Positions 1 through 8,099 of a DNA stretch of 36,208 nucleotides are shown in pieces. The position numbers and the translations under genes were made by a program. The stretch lies in contig DAISIZ010000002.1 of assembly GCA_036821745.1 (NCBI GenBank), positions 1 to 36,208 of the forward strand. Direction: 5' to 3'. Under the pieces are notes generated by a model that did not search any database, had not been told where the DNA came from, and was given only the letters and a program-made list of their open reading frames with translations. Each line of letters begins with the position of its first letter. Position 1 is the first letter of the stretch. This DNA is from Aurantibacter sp. (GTDB taxonomy: Bacteria; Bacteroidota; Bacteroidia; Flavobacteriales; Flavobacteriaceae).

Positions 1-126
1 TTCTATTTCAGGTTGGTCATTTAACGCTTTACCAGCTTGCAAGGTTTTTTTTCTTGCATCAACTAAATCGTTCGCTTCTAATTTCTTTCCTTCTACTTCT
101 GTGTTGATTATTGTCTTTTGGCTCAT
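1..126 (-). CDS. nrdA: 5' fragment of probable ribonucleotide reductase alpha subunit (runs off window edge)
   Basis: ATG at 126, 2 nt after the nrdB stop; open frame MSQKTIINTEVEGKKLEANDLVDARKKTLQAGKALNDQPEIE to position 1. Identity inferred from position downstream of nrdB only. Confidence 0.6.
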   Translation of the reverse strand, partial: MSQKTIINTEVEGKKLEANDLVDARKKTLQAGKALNDQPEIE

Positions 127-128
127 AA

Positions 129-1403
129 TTAAAATAGGTCTGCGTGCGTTATACTTTTACTTCTTTTTGTGTATGCTATTGATCTTTTTACAAAGAAATC
201 ACCATGTTTGGTTCCAATAATTTCATCATCAAACCATTCTGTTTCTTTTAGTAAATCTTCATCAACAGGAAAAACTTCGTCTAATCCAATACTAACTAAA
301 GATCTGTTAAATCTATTTTTCAAGAATTCTTTTACCACATTTTTAGGTAAAAAGTCTAATTCTCCTTTTTCGAAAATCCAATCTACAATCTTACTTTCAG
401 ATTCAAATGCTGTGATAGACATTTCGGTAGTGACTTTCTTATATTCTTCACCAAACCATTCTGGTTTTTCATCTCTTAAAATCTTAATAAGATCAATACC
501 AAAATCTCCGTGAATTTGTTCTTCTTTAGAGGTTGCTTCCACAACATTAGAAATCCCTTTTAATACGTTTTTATGCTTGTTAAAAGCCATAATAATTAAA
601 AACTGAGAAAATAAAGACACGTGTTCTATAAATAATGAGAACAATACAATAGACTCCGAATAATCTTTATTATCCTCACTTTTAGAATTCCTTAAAGCGG
701 TTTCTAAATAGTGAACGCGCTCCATCATTACAGGTTTCTTCTTAAGTTCTTTAAACTCGTTGTTTAAACCTAAAACTTCTAATAAATGAGAATAAGCATC
801 GTGATGTCTTACTTCACTTTCAGAAAATGTAGAACCTACCGCACCAATTTCTGGTTTAGGCATCTTATGAAACACATCACCCCAAAATGTTTTAACGGCA
901 ACTTCAATTTGAGAAATTGCTAACATTGCGTTTTTAATAGCACTCTTTTCTACATCGTTAAGTCCAGTTTTAAAATCCTGAATATCGCTGGTGTAGTTAA
1001 ACTCAGTATGAATCCAATATGAGTGTCTAATGGCGTTTACGTATTCGTATAATTGCGGATACTCAAAAGGCTTAAAGTTGATACGTTTTTCAAAAATATC
1101 GGTCTTACGCTTTCTTGCTTGTTCATTTCTATATAAAATGTAAGCTTTGGCTGCGTTTGGAAAAGAACTCTCCATTAATTTCTCTTCAACAATATCTTGA
1201 ACCTGCTCTACTGTAGGAATATAATCTGCTTTCCCTTCACTTAACTGAAGTAAACGTGCATACACATTATCAGAAATCATCTCAGCATCCGATCTTGATC
1301 CGTTACCAACAGACAACATTGCTTTTTCAATAGCATTAGTGATTTTGTTTAAAACAAACGCACTGGTTTCATAATCTCGTTTAATAATTTGTGTTACTTT
1401 CAT
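129..1403 (-). CDS. nrdB: Ribonucleotide reductase beta subunit with N-terminal ATP-cone (class Id-like)
   Basis: N-terminal IIKRD...FVLNKITNAIEKAM...VEQVQDIVEEKLM...AKAYILYR is an ATP-cone. Ferritin-like metal ligands follow: QIEVAVK, EVRHHDAY, IEHVSLFSQF, EEQIHGDF. Confidence 0.93.
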   Translation of the reverse strand: MKVTQIIKRDYETSAFVLNKITNAIEKAMLSVGNGSRSDAEMISDNVYARLLQLSEGKADYIPTVEQVQDIVEEKLMESSFPNAAKAYILYRNEQARKRKTDIFEKRINFKPFEYPQLYEYVNAIRHSYWIHTEFNYTSDIQDFKTGLNDVEKSAIKNAMLAISQIEVAVKTFWGDVFHKMPKPEIGAVGSTFSESEVRHHDAYSHLLEVLGLNNEFKELKKKPVMMERVHYLETALRNSKSEDNKDYSESIVLFSLFIEHVSLFSQFLIIMAFNKHKNVLKGISNVVEATSKEEQIHGDFGIDLIKILRDEKPEWFGEEYKKVTTEMSITAFESESKIVDWIFEKGELDFLPKNVVKEFLKNRFNRSLVSIGLDEVFPVDEDLLKETEWFDDEIIGTKHGDFFVKRSIAYTKRSKSITHADLF

Positions 1404-1800
1404 TTTTACAGCCTTTTATATGAGTTTAAAGAGCACACGCTACTCTTTAATCTTTATGAATTTTAAGTAAATGAATACTTAACTTTTTATTTAATAATAA
1501 TTGATATCGTATATTTATTTACCAAAATTTCTATACTATAAAAACAAGATTTGTCTTTTTTTAGGTAAACAAAATATACTTCGATTAGGGGATAACAAAG
1601 ATTTAAAAAAGGGACGATATGTGAAAGCTTATTTTATAAACAATGCAGGCGAGTTCTTAACAAGACGTAATACTTTTCCTACTTTTTGTTATTTCAGCAG
1701 ATTACTTTAAAATGTTAAAAATCAACTGATTAAAAGTTTAAAAAATCGCTAACCAGCGATAAAACAAGGAGTTTTATAATTCTGCGTAAATCGAAGAAAT

Positions 1801-1831
1801 AAAAAATGCGTTTTAATAAAACGCATTTTTT
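1801..1831. terminator. Bidirectional intrinsic terminator
   Basis: Inverted repeat AAAAAATGCGTTTTA-A-TAAAACGCATTTTTT just past the stop of the 1852-2418 gene. Confidence 0.75.
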
Positions 1832-1851
1832 TGTTTAACTTTTATGTTTAT

Positions 1852-2418
1852 TTAGCTTTTCATTTTATCGGCAATGGTCTCCAGTTCTGTGTACCATTCT
1901 TGCCCAAATTTTCGTACTAAAGCTTCTTTAACAAACTTGTAAATTGGCACCTGTAATTCTTTTCCTAAACTACACGCATCATCACAAATATCCCATTTAT
2001 CATAATTCACAGCAGAGAATTCCGTGTAGTCTTTTACACGAATTGGATATAAATGACAAGACACTGGTTTTTTCCAAGTCACATCACCTTGATTGTAGGC
2101 TTCTTCAATACCACAAAGTGCGGTTTTCTTGTCATCAAAAATAACATAAGCACAATCGGCATTATTAATTAATGGGGTTTCTAACTCACCAAAATTTATA
2201 ACAGATGTGCCTTGCGCTTCAATTGCTTCAATACCTTCTGGTCTTAAATACGGTTTTACTTTAGGGTAAATTTCTTCTAAAATATCGGCTTCTTCCACCG
2301 TTAATGGCGCGCCAGCATCGCCATCTATACAACAAGCACCTTTACAGGCAGACAAGTTGCACATAAAATCTTTTTCAATAATATCTTCAGAAACTATAGT
2401 TTTGCCTATTTGAAACAT
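1852..2418 (-). CDS. DUF3109 family Cys-rich protein
   Basis: CNLSACKGACCIDGDAGAPL, C...CGIE.AY and KPVSCHLYPIR motifs. Confidence 0.8.
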   Translation of the reverse strand: MFQIGKTIVSEDIIEKDFMCNLSACKGACCIDGDAGAPLTVEEADILEEIYPKVKPYLRPEGIEAIEAQGTSVINFGELETPLINNADCAYVIFDDKKTALCGIEEAYNQGDVTWKKPVSCHLYPIRVKDYTEFSAVNYDKWDICDDACSLGKELQVPIYKFVKEALVRKFGQEWYTELETIADKMKS

Positions 2419-2439
2419 AAATTACGTATTTTGTACTTG

Positions 2440-2447
2440 CAAATTTA
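2440..2447 (-). promoter_or_regulatory. Bacteroidota sigma70 -7 element for the DUF3109 gene
   Basis: Minus-strand TAAATTTG (TAnnTTTG consensus) 21 nt upstream of the ATG. Confidence 0.55.
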
Positions 2448-2493
2448 TTGTAAAGTTTACACAAGTTTAACAATTGTAAGAACTTTAATAGAT

Positions 2494-2501
2494 TATTTTT
2501 G
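2494..2501 (+). promoter_or_regulatory. Bacteroidota sigma70 -7 element for the marC operon
   Basis: TATTTTTG 40 nt upstream of ATG 2542; divergent from the DUF3109 promoter. Confidence 0.55.
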
Positions 2502-2541
2502 CCGAAAATTTTAAAACTAAACTAAAAAACCAAAACAAGAA

Positions 2542-3129
2542 ATGGGTTTAAATTTTGACATTAAGCAAATATTCACAGCATTTATGGTATTATTCGCTGT
2601 AATAGACATTATAGGAAACATTCCTATTATTATTGACTTACGAAAAAAAGCTGGACACATACAAAGTGAAAAAGCCTCTTTAATTGCATTAGTTATCCTT
2701 ATTGTGTTCCTATTTTTAGGACAAAGTATATTAGGTGTTATTGGTGTCGATGTGAATTCGTTTGCAGTAGCAGGTTCATTCATCTTATTTTTTATTGCTT
2801 TAGAAATGATTCTTGGAATCACCTTATACAAAGAGGACGATTCTAATCCGCTAACCGCATCGGTATTTCCATTAGCATTTCCTTTAATTGCTGGACCAGG
2901 AAGTTTAACAACACTTTTATCGCTTAGAGCGGAATTCAGCATAGAAAACATCATCATTGCGGTAATTTTAAACGTTTGTTTTATCTACTTAGTTCTTAAA
3001 ACTTCTAAACGTATTGAAAGCTTTATAGGACAAAACGGAATTAGAATTATTCGTAAAATATTTGGAGTCATCTTATTAGCGATTGCCGTTAAATTATTTA
3101 CTCAAAATATTAAAATGCTATTAGCATAA
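2542..3129 (+). CDS. MarC family integral membrane protein
   Basis: About 6 hydrophobic segments; LFAVIDIIGNIP, VFPLAFPLIAGPGS and RKIFGVILLAIAV motifs. Confidence 0.9.
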   Translation: MGLNFDIKQIFTAFMVLFAVIDIIGNIPIIIDLRKKAGHIQSEKASLIALVILIVFLFLGQSILGVIGVDVNSFAVAGSFILFFIALEMILGITLYKEDDSNPLTASVFPLAFPLIAGPGSLTTLLSLRAEFSIENIIIAVILNVCFIYLVLKTSKRIESFIGQNGIRIIRKIFGVILLAIAVKLFTQNIKMLLA

Positions 3130-3144
3130 GATATAGAACACATT

Positions 3145-3345
3145 ATGAAATACTTTATCATCATATTTTCAGTTATCGCCATTTTATTAATTGGTTACAA
3201 CGTGACTTTAATAGATTTTAGTGTACCGTTTTCTGGACAAAGTACGGTTGCTTTAATTACCATTTTAGCCTCTTTATGTGCTATTTTACTATTACAAATT
3301 TTACGTATTAGTAAAAAAATTGAAAATAAAACTAAAGGCAAATAA
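3145..3345 (+). CDS. Small two-TM hypothetical membrane protein
   Basis: 66 aa with two hydrophobic helices and a basic tail; tightly packed between marC and the next gene. Confidence 0.7.
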   Translation: MKYFIIIFSVIAILLIGYNVTLIDFSVPFSGQSTVALITILASLCAILLLQILRISKKIENKTKGK

Positions 3346-3948
3346 ATGTTAGATACATTAATAATTGGTGGTGGCGCTTCAGGTTTATCTTGCGCATTAG
3401 TTTTAGGCTCTGGACTTAAAAAAGAATTTGCGACAGGAAAACAAGTTGCGATTATTACGCACCAAAAAACATCGCATTTACAAAATGCGTTATTTAATAA
3501 TGTATTAGGATTAACACCTGGAACTTTGGGTAGTGACTTATTAGAAAATGGTAAAACCCAGCTAAAAAGTCTTTACCCAGAAGTCCAACAAATTGAAAAG
3601 GAAAAAGTAAAATCCGTTTTAAAAACCGATGATCACTTTACAGTAACAACTAACAAAAACACTTATACAACACAACGTGTTGTTATTGCTGTTGGCTACA
3701 CCAACTTAATGACTATAGATGGTTTAGAAGATTATATTGAACCGCATCCAAAAGCTAATGCTGAGAAAAACAGAATCTGGCTTAAAAACGACAATCATTT
3801 AATTGAAGAAAACCTTTATGTTGCCGGAACTTTAGCTGGCGAACGTAGTCAATTTGCCATTGCTTGTGGTAGTGGCGCACAAGTCGCAACCGATATTTTA
3901 ACGCTTTGGAATAACGAAAAGCATACTAAGGTTCACGATAAGGTTTAA
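3346..3948 (+). CDS. FAD-dependent oxidoreductase (short TrxB-like)
   Basis: IIGGGASG Rossmann motif, VVIAVG, LYVAG...SQFAIACGSGAQVA; no CxxC. Confidence 0.8.
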   Translation: MLDTLIIGGGASGLSCALVLGSGLKKEFATGKQVAIITHQKTSHLQNALFNNVLGLTPGTLGSDLLENGKTQLKSLYPEVQQIEKEKVKSVLKTDDHFTVTTNKNTYTTQRVVIAVGYTNLMTIDGLEDYIEPHPKANAEKNRIWLKNDNHLIEENLYVAGTLAGERSQFAIACGSGAQVATDILTLWNNEKHTKVHDKV

Positions 3949-3963
3949 AGGAAATTCTAATTA

Positions 3964-5562
3964 TTAGTTTTCAAATTTTTCAGCATCTAAAGTCAAGACT
4001 TTATTTACCATATTATCGTAATAACTTAATACTTTACTGTAAGCGCTTGTACCAAAAAGTTGTTCGGCAATATTGGCTTTTATAAAATGTTTAATCTCGT
4101 CTTTATAAGCAACAAAACGAATGTTAGATTGGGTTTTTGCTTGTAAAAATGCTTCAAATTGCTCTACAACCTCATCTGTGATTTCTAAGTCTAATACAAA
4201 AGAATTCTCGTCGTAATCACCATAATAATTACGGTCTTTTTCCAATAACTCAAACACAAACTGACTGGTTAACCCACCTTTTTCAAGAAATGCCAAAGTC
4301 TGGTTATTCATTCCTTTATCTAAAGGCACAAAAACGTCTGGAATAATTCCGCCACCACCATAAACGACTTTACCTTTTGGAGTCGTAAATTTCAATGAAT
4401 CGTCTACTTCTATTTTAGTTTCGTCGGTTAATTCGCCACTATTAATACGCTTGTAATAATCATCAAAATAGTCGTCGCTTCCTTTTACATAAGCACGTTG
4501 TATAGAACGACCTGTTGGCGTGTAATATTTAGAAACGGTTAATCGCACCGCACTTCCATCGCCTAATTGCATTTCGCGTTGCACTAAACCTTTTCCGTAA
4601 GAACGTCTACCAACAATAGTTCCTTTATCATTATCTTGTAAAGCACCAGCAACTATTTCGCTGGCAGAGGCCGAATTTTCATTCATTAATACATAAACGT
4701 GTCCTTTTTCGAAATCGCCATTTTTGGTCGCAAAGCTTTTTTCAACTTTACCTCTTTTATTTTTTGTGAAGAGAATCAACTTATCATCTTCTAAAAATTC
4801 ATCTATAATTTGATTAGCAATCGCGACAAAACCGCCCGGATTATCTCTTAAATCTAAAACCAAATTCTTAGCACCTTTCTGCTTTAAACTATTAAGTGCT
4901 GTTTTGAACTCTTTATATGAAGATTCCGCAAAACGATTCAACTTTACATAAGCCAAAGTTTCGGTTAGCATATATTGTGCTTCAATACTTCTAATTGGGA
5001 TTCGGCTTCGGGTTAATTCAAAATCTAAAGATTCGTTAGTCGATTTCCTATAAATGCCAAGCTTAACTTTCGTGTCAATTGGACCTTTAATTCGGTCTAC
5101 CAATTCACTACTACGCAAGTTTTTATTTACAACAGTATCGCCATCAATTTTTACAATTCTATCGCCACCTTTTATGCCTGCTTTTTCACTTGGGCCACCT
5201 TTTATACTTCTAATAACGGTAATGGTGTCTTTATAAGGATAGAAACTAATACCAACGCCAACAAAATCGCCTTGCATACTTTCCTGCACCTTTTGCATTT
5301 CCTTTTTTGGAATATACACAGAATGCGGATCGAGATTGCTTAGAATTCCGTTTACGGTAATATCTACAATGCTGTCTGTATTGACTTCTTCTACATATTC
5401 GTAGTCAATATAATCTATAAGTCTATTGAGTTTGTCTTTTTTGCTGTTACTCGCAAAAACACGATCTGAAGTGTCACTAAAATTTAATTTTCCACCAACA
5501 AAAACACCTATTGCCAAAGCGACGCCAATCACTAAAGGAATGTATTTGCTGTTGTTTTTCAT
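3964..5562 (-). CDS. S41 family carboxy-terminal processing protease
   Basis: N-terminal TM, LDPHS, PDZ domain (GPSEKAGIKGGDRI), DLRDNPGG, SASASEIVAGALQD, SYGKGLVQ. Confidence 0.93.
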   Translation of the reverse strand: MKNNSKYIPLVIGVALAIGVFVGGKLNFSDTSDRVFASNSKKDKLNRLIDYIDYEYVEEVNTDSIVDITVNGILSNLDPHSVYIPKKEMQKVQESMQGDFVGVGISFYPYKDTITVIRSIKGGPSEKAGIKGGDRIVKIDGDTVVNKNLRSSELVDRIKGPIDTKVKLGIYRKSTNESLDFELTRSRIPIRSIEAQYMLTETLAYVKLNRFAESSYKEFKTALNSLKQKGAKNLVLDLRDNPGGFVAIANQIIDEFLEDDKLILFTKNKRGKVEKSFATKNGDFEKGHVYVLMNENSASASEIVAGALQDNDKGTIVGRRSYGKGLVQREMQLGDGSAVRLTVSKYYTPTGRSIQRAYVKGSDDYFDDYYKRINSGELTDETKIEVDDSLKFTTPKGKVVYGGGGIIPDVFVPLDKGMNNQTLAFLEKGGLTSQFVFELLEKDRNYYGDYDENSFVLDLEITDEVVEQFEAFLQAKTQSNIRFVAYKDEIKHFIKANIAEQLFGTSAYSKVLSYYDNMVNKVLTLDAEKFEN

Positions 5563-5572
5563 AAATTATGTT

Positions 5573-6001
5573 TTAGTTTTTTAAATCTTCAATATGATGA
5601 ATTTCTATACCTGCTTTTTCTAAAAATTTCAGTCCAGAATTATCTTTATAAGCTTGATTATATACGACTCTTACAATTCCTGCTTGATGTATTAATTTAC
5701 TACATTCTTTACAAGGCGACAGCGTAATGTACAAAGTTGCTCCTTTACAAGATTGCGTGCTTGAAGCGACTTTTAAAATCGCATTGGCTTCAGCGTGTAA
5801 CACATACCATTTGGTGTAACCTTCGTCATCTTCGCAAAAATTCTCGAAGCCTGAAGGTGTACCATTATAACCGTCGGAAATAATCATTTTATCCTTTACA
5901 ATAATTGCACCAACTTGTTTACGCTCGCAATAAGAAAGCTTTCCCCATTCGGAAGCCATTCTTAAATAAGCTTTATCGTATTTTAATTGTTTTTTTGGCA
6001 T
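5573..6001 (-). CDS. dCMP deaminase (ComEB-like)
   Basis: GYNG, HAEANAI and SPCKECSK zinc motifs. Confidence 0.92.
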   Translation of the reverse strand: MPKKQLKYDKAYLRMASEWGKLSYCERKQVGAIIVKDKMIISDGYNGTPSGFENFCEDDEGYTKWYVLHAEANAILKVASSTQSCKGATLYITLSPCKECSKLIHQAGIVRVVYNQAYKDNSGLKFLEKAGIEIHHIEDLKN

Positions 6002-6108
6002 AAGGCAAATATGGCTCTACAACTTGAAATTACAGTATTTATTTTAAAGTTGAAGATTTTAAGAGTGAAAGACTTTTCTTTTTAATAAAACTTTATGATT
6101 GAAGGCGT

Positions 6109-6696
6109 TTAAAACGGATAATTACTCATTAACATAGGAATCACCAATCCAACAACAACTGCCGAAATAACCATAACCCAATCGCGTTTATTAAACCTGA
6201 ATACGGTTTGGAATACATAACCTAAAAACAGAACTAAAAAGACGATAATTACTTGTGCTATTTCTATTCCTAATGCAAATTCTAATAAAGGTACTAACTT
6301 TGAAGACGCTTTACCAATATACATTCTAAACTCGCTGGCAAACCCTAAACCGTGAACCAAACCAAAGAATAATGTCGAAAAGAACATTATGCCTATTTTC
6401 TCTTTTTGCGCACCTTTTCCTGAGGTAAACACATTAAAAATAGCAACGATTAAAATAGTTACTGGAATTAAAAATTCTATAATACTTGAGCTTACTTTTA
6501 CTTGACCGTAAACCGCTAAAAACATAGAAATGGTGTGACCTAAAGTAAACATAGTCACCAACATTAACACTCGTTTCCAATCCTTAAACATATAAGGAAC
6601 GGTTAAAACGATTAAAAATAAAACGTGATCGTAAGCATTAATATCTAAAACGTGGTTAATTCCGTATTTTACGTTAACCAAAAAAGCATCTAACAT
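6109..6696 (-). CDS. HupE/UreJ family membrane protein
   Basis: His motifs YDHVLFL, FTLGHTIS, FGLVHGLGFA, then GIEIAQ. Confidence 0.85.
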   Translation of the reverse strand: MLDAFLVNVKYGINHVLDINAYDHVLFLIVLTVPYMFKDWKRVLMLVTMFTLGHTISMFLAVYGQVKVSSSIIEFLIPVTILIVAIFNVFTSGKGAQKEKIGIMFFSTLFFGLVHGLGFASEFRMYIGKASSKLVPLLEFALGIEIAQVIIVFLVLFLGYVFQTVFRFNKRDWVMVISAVVVGLVIPMLMSNYPF

Positions 6697-6716
6697 AGGG
6701 TTGATTTAATTCAGCT

Positions 6717-6724
6717 CAAATATA
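6717..6724 (-). promoter_or_regulatory. -7 promoter element for the HupE/UreJ gene
   Basis: Minus-strand TATATTTG 20 nt upstream of the ATG. Confidence 0.5.
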
Positions 6725-6793
6725 ATAAAATTGAAAAAATGAATCAACGCTATTTAAGAGGTCTTTATAATTTGAAGGTCAATTAAATAAAAA

Positions 6794-7315
6794 TCATCTT
6801 CTCCTTTCTTTTACTCGCTTTACTTTCTTTTGAATTTCTCGCTCAAGATCATCTAAGGTACTATTATCGGATAAATTTAATTCTATTAATATTTTGTTAG
6901 TAACTGGTCTACAAAAATCAATTTCATTTTCACTATCAACACAATTTAAACAACCTGAATTATTATAACAGACATATTTCTTATTTATAATTAAGTCTCC
7001 ACCAAGATGAGCATTCATACAACTTGAAAAGGTCCTCATTTTATTTGAAACTTCCTCACAGTAATTTAAGTCCGAAATATTATAAATTTCAAATGGCATT
7101 GATGGATACCAAAATTCATCATAAATATCCTCTCTTTATTCGTCTTTTATTGATTTTGTTCTACTAAAAAATATTCTTCCAATAGGATTTACAGAATCTC
7201 TTTCTTCAACTTCATAATTAACTTCATAAGTCCAATAGTTTAGATTGTTTATATCGGGTTTCGTATTACACGAAAAAATCAATAGAAATAATAAAATGAA
7301 TTGAATTATGCGCAT
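6794..7315 (-). pseudogene. Lipoprotein gene interrupted by a single in-frame TAA (7136-7138)
   Basis: ATG at 7315 reads MRIIQFILLFLLIFSC-NTKPD... (lipobox) for 59 codons, then TAA, then REDIYDEFWYPS continuing in frame into the listed 6794-7099 ORF. Confidence 0.75.
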
Positions 7316-7344
7316 CTGTGATGTTTACTTTCAGGTTTCAACTC

Positions 7345-7352
7345 CAAATATA
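7345..7352 (-). promoter_or_regulatory. -7 promoter element for the interrupted lipoprotein gene
   Basis: Minus-strand TATATTTG 29 nt upstream of ATG 7315. Confidence 0.5.
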
Positions 7353-7367
7353 ACAAAACCTCAATCT

Positions 7368-7778
7368 TTAAGCTTCTTCAATTTTAATCCAAAGCTGTTC
7401 GGAGTTTAAATAAAAACTGCCTATAAACTCAAAATTACATTCGTTGGGTGCAATGATTGATAAAAATGGATTGGCATTTTTATCGTTATATAAATGATAG
7501 GTTTCGCCAATTAACGGCTGAAAATTAAACTTTGCATTATAGATTAAGTTATTATAATCTAACTCGTCCATCATTTTATCATACTCGGCTTTAAGCTCTA
7601 AGTATTTTGCTTTAATGGTTTTATTAGCAATGTTTATGTTTTTGTTTTTCCAAGTGATATTATCCGTTACGGTTATAGCTGGCGCACCAACGTTAGTCGC
7701 ATACGGTTTTAAAGACGCATCGTAAGTTTGTGTTTCTTTATTAAAGACCACTTGGTCTGGCTTTTTATCTTCGTTCAT
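7368..7778 (-). CDS. DUF2452 domain-containing protein
   Basis: PYATNVGAPAI...IYNAKFNFQPLIGETYHLY...LSIIAPNE pattern. Confidence 0.7.
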   Translation of the reverse strand: MNEDKKPDQVVFNKETQTYDASLKPYATNVGAPAITVTDNITWKNKNINIANKTIKAKYLELKAEYDKMMDELDYNNLIYNAKFNFQPLIGETYHLYNDKNANPFLSIIAPNECNFEFIGSFYLNSEQLWIKIEEA

Positions 7779-8099
7779 AATTGTTTAACCTATTTAAATA
7801 AATAGCTAAACAAAATTACAGTTTTTATAAAAGCAGGTCACAAAAAAAAGGTTAAACTTTTAAGCATTTTGCTTATAAAATTTAACCTTTAAAGTTAACT
7901 GAAAATAATTACTCGTAGTTTTTATTCAATTAACTTAAAATAACGTTCTTATGTTTAAATGTTTTAAGAAACACTTAAAAGAACTTCAGAATAATAACTA
8001 AATTAAAAAAATTAAAGAATGTGTAAAACGTATGTATTATTCTGTTTAGTAAATATAACAAAAAAGAGAATACAAAACAAATAAAACTATAAAAATCAA

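Noticed and set aside
169..513. 114-aa + strand ORF
   Set aside because: Antisense shadow of nrdB with Ser-rich, non-protein-like composition.
1501..1710. 69-aa ORF in the nrdB upstream region
   Set aside because: TTG start in AT-rich intergenic DNA with no recognisable motif.
2517..2957. 146-aa minus-strand ORF
   Set aside because: Antisense to the well-supported MarC gene.
7136..7138. Programmed stop-codon recoding
   Set aside because: The stop is TAA, which other genes here use normally; no SECIS-like hairpin is evident.
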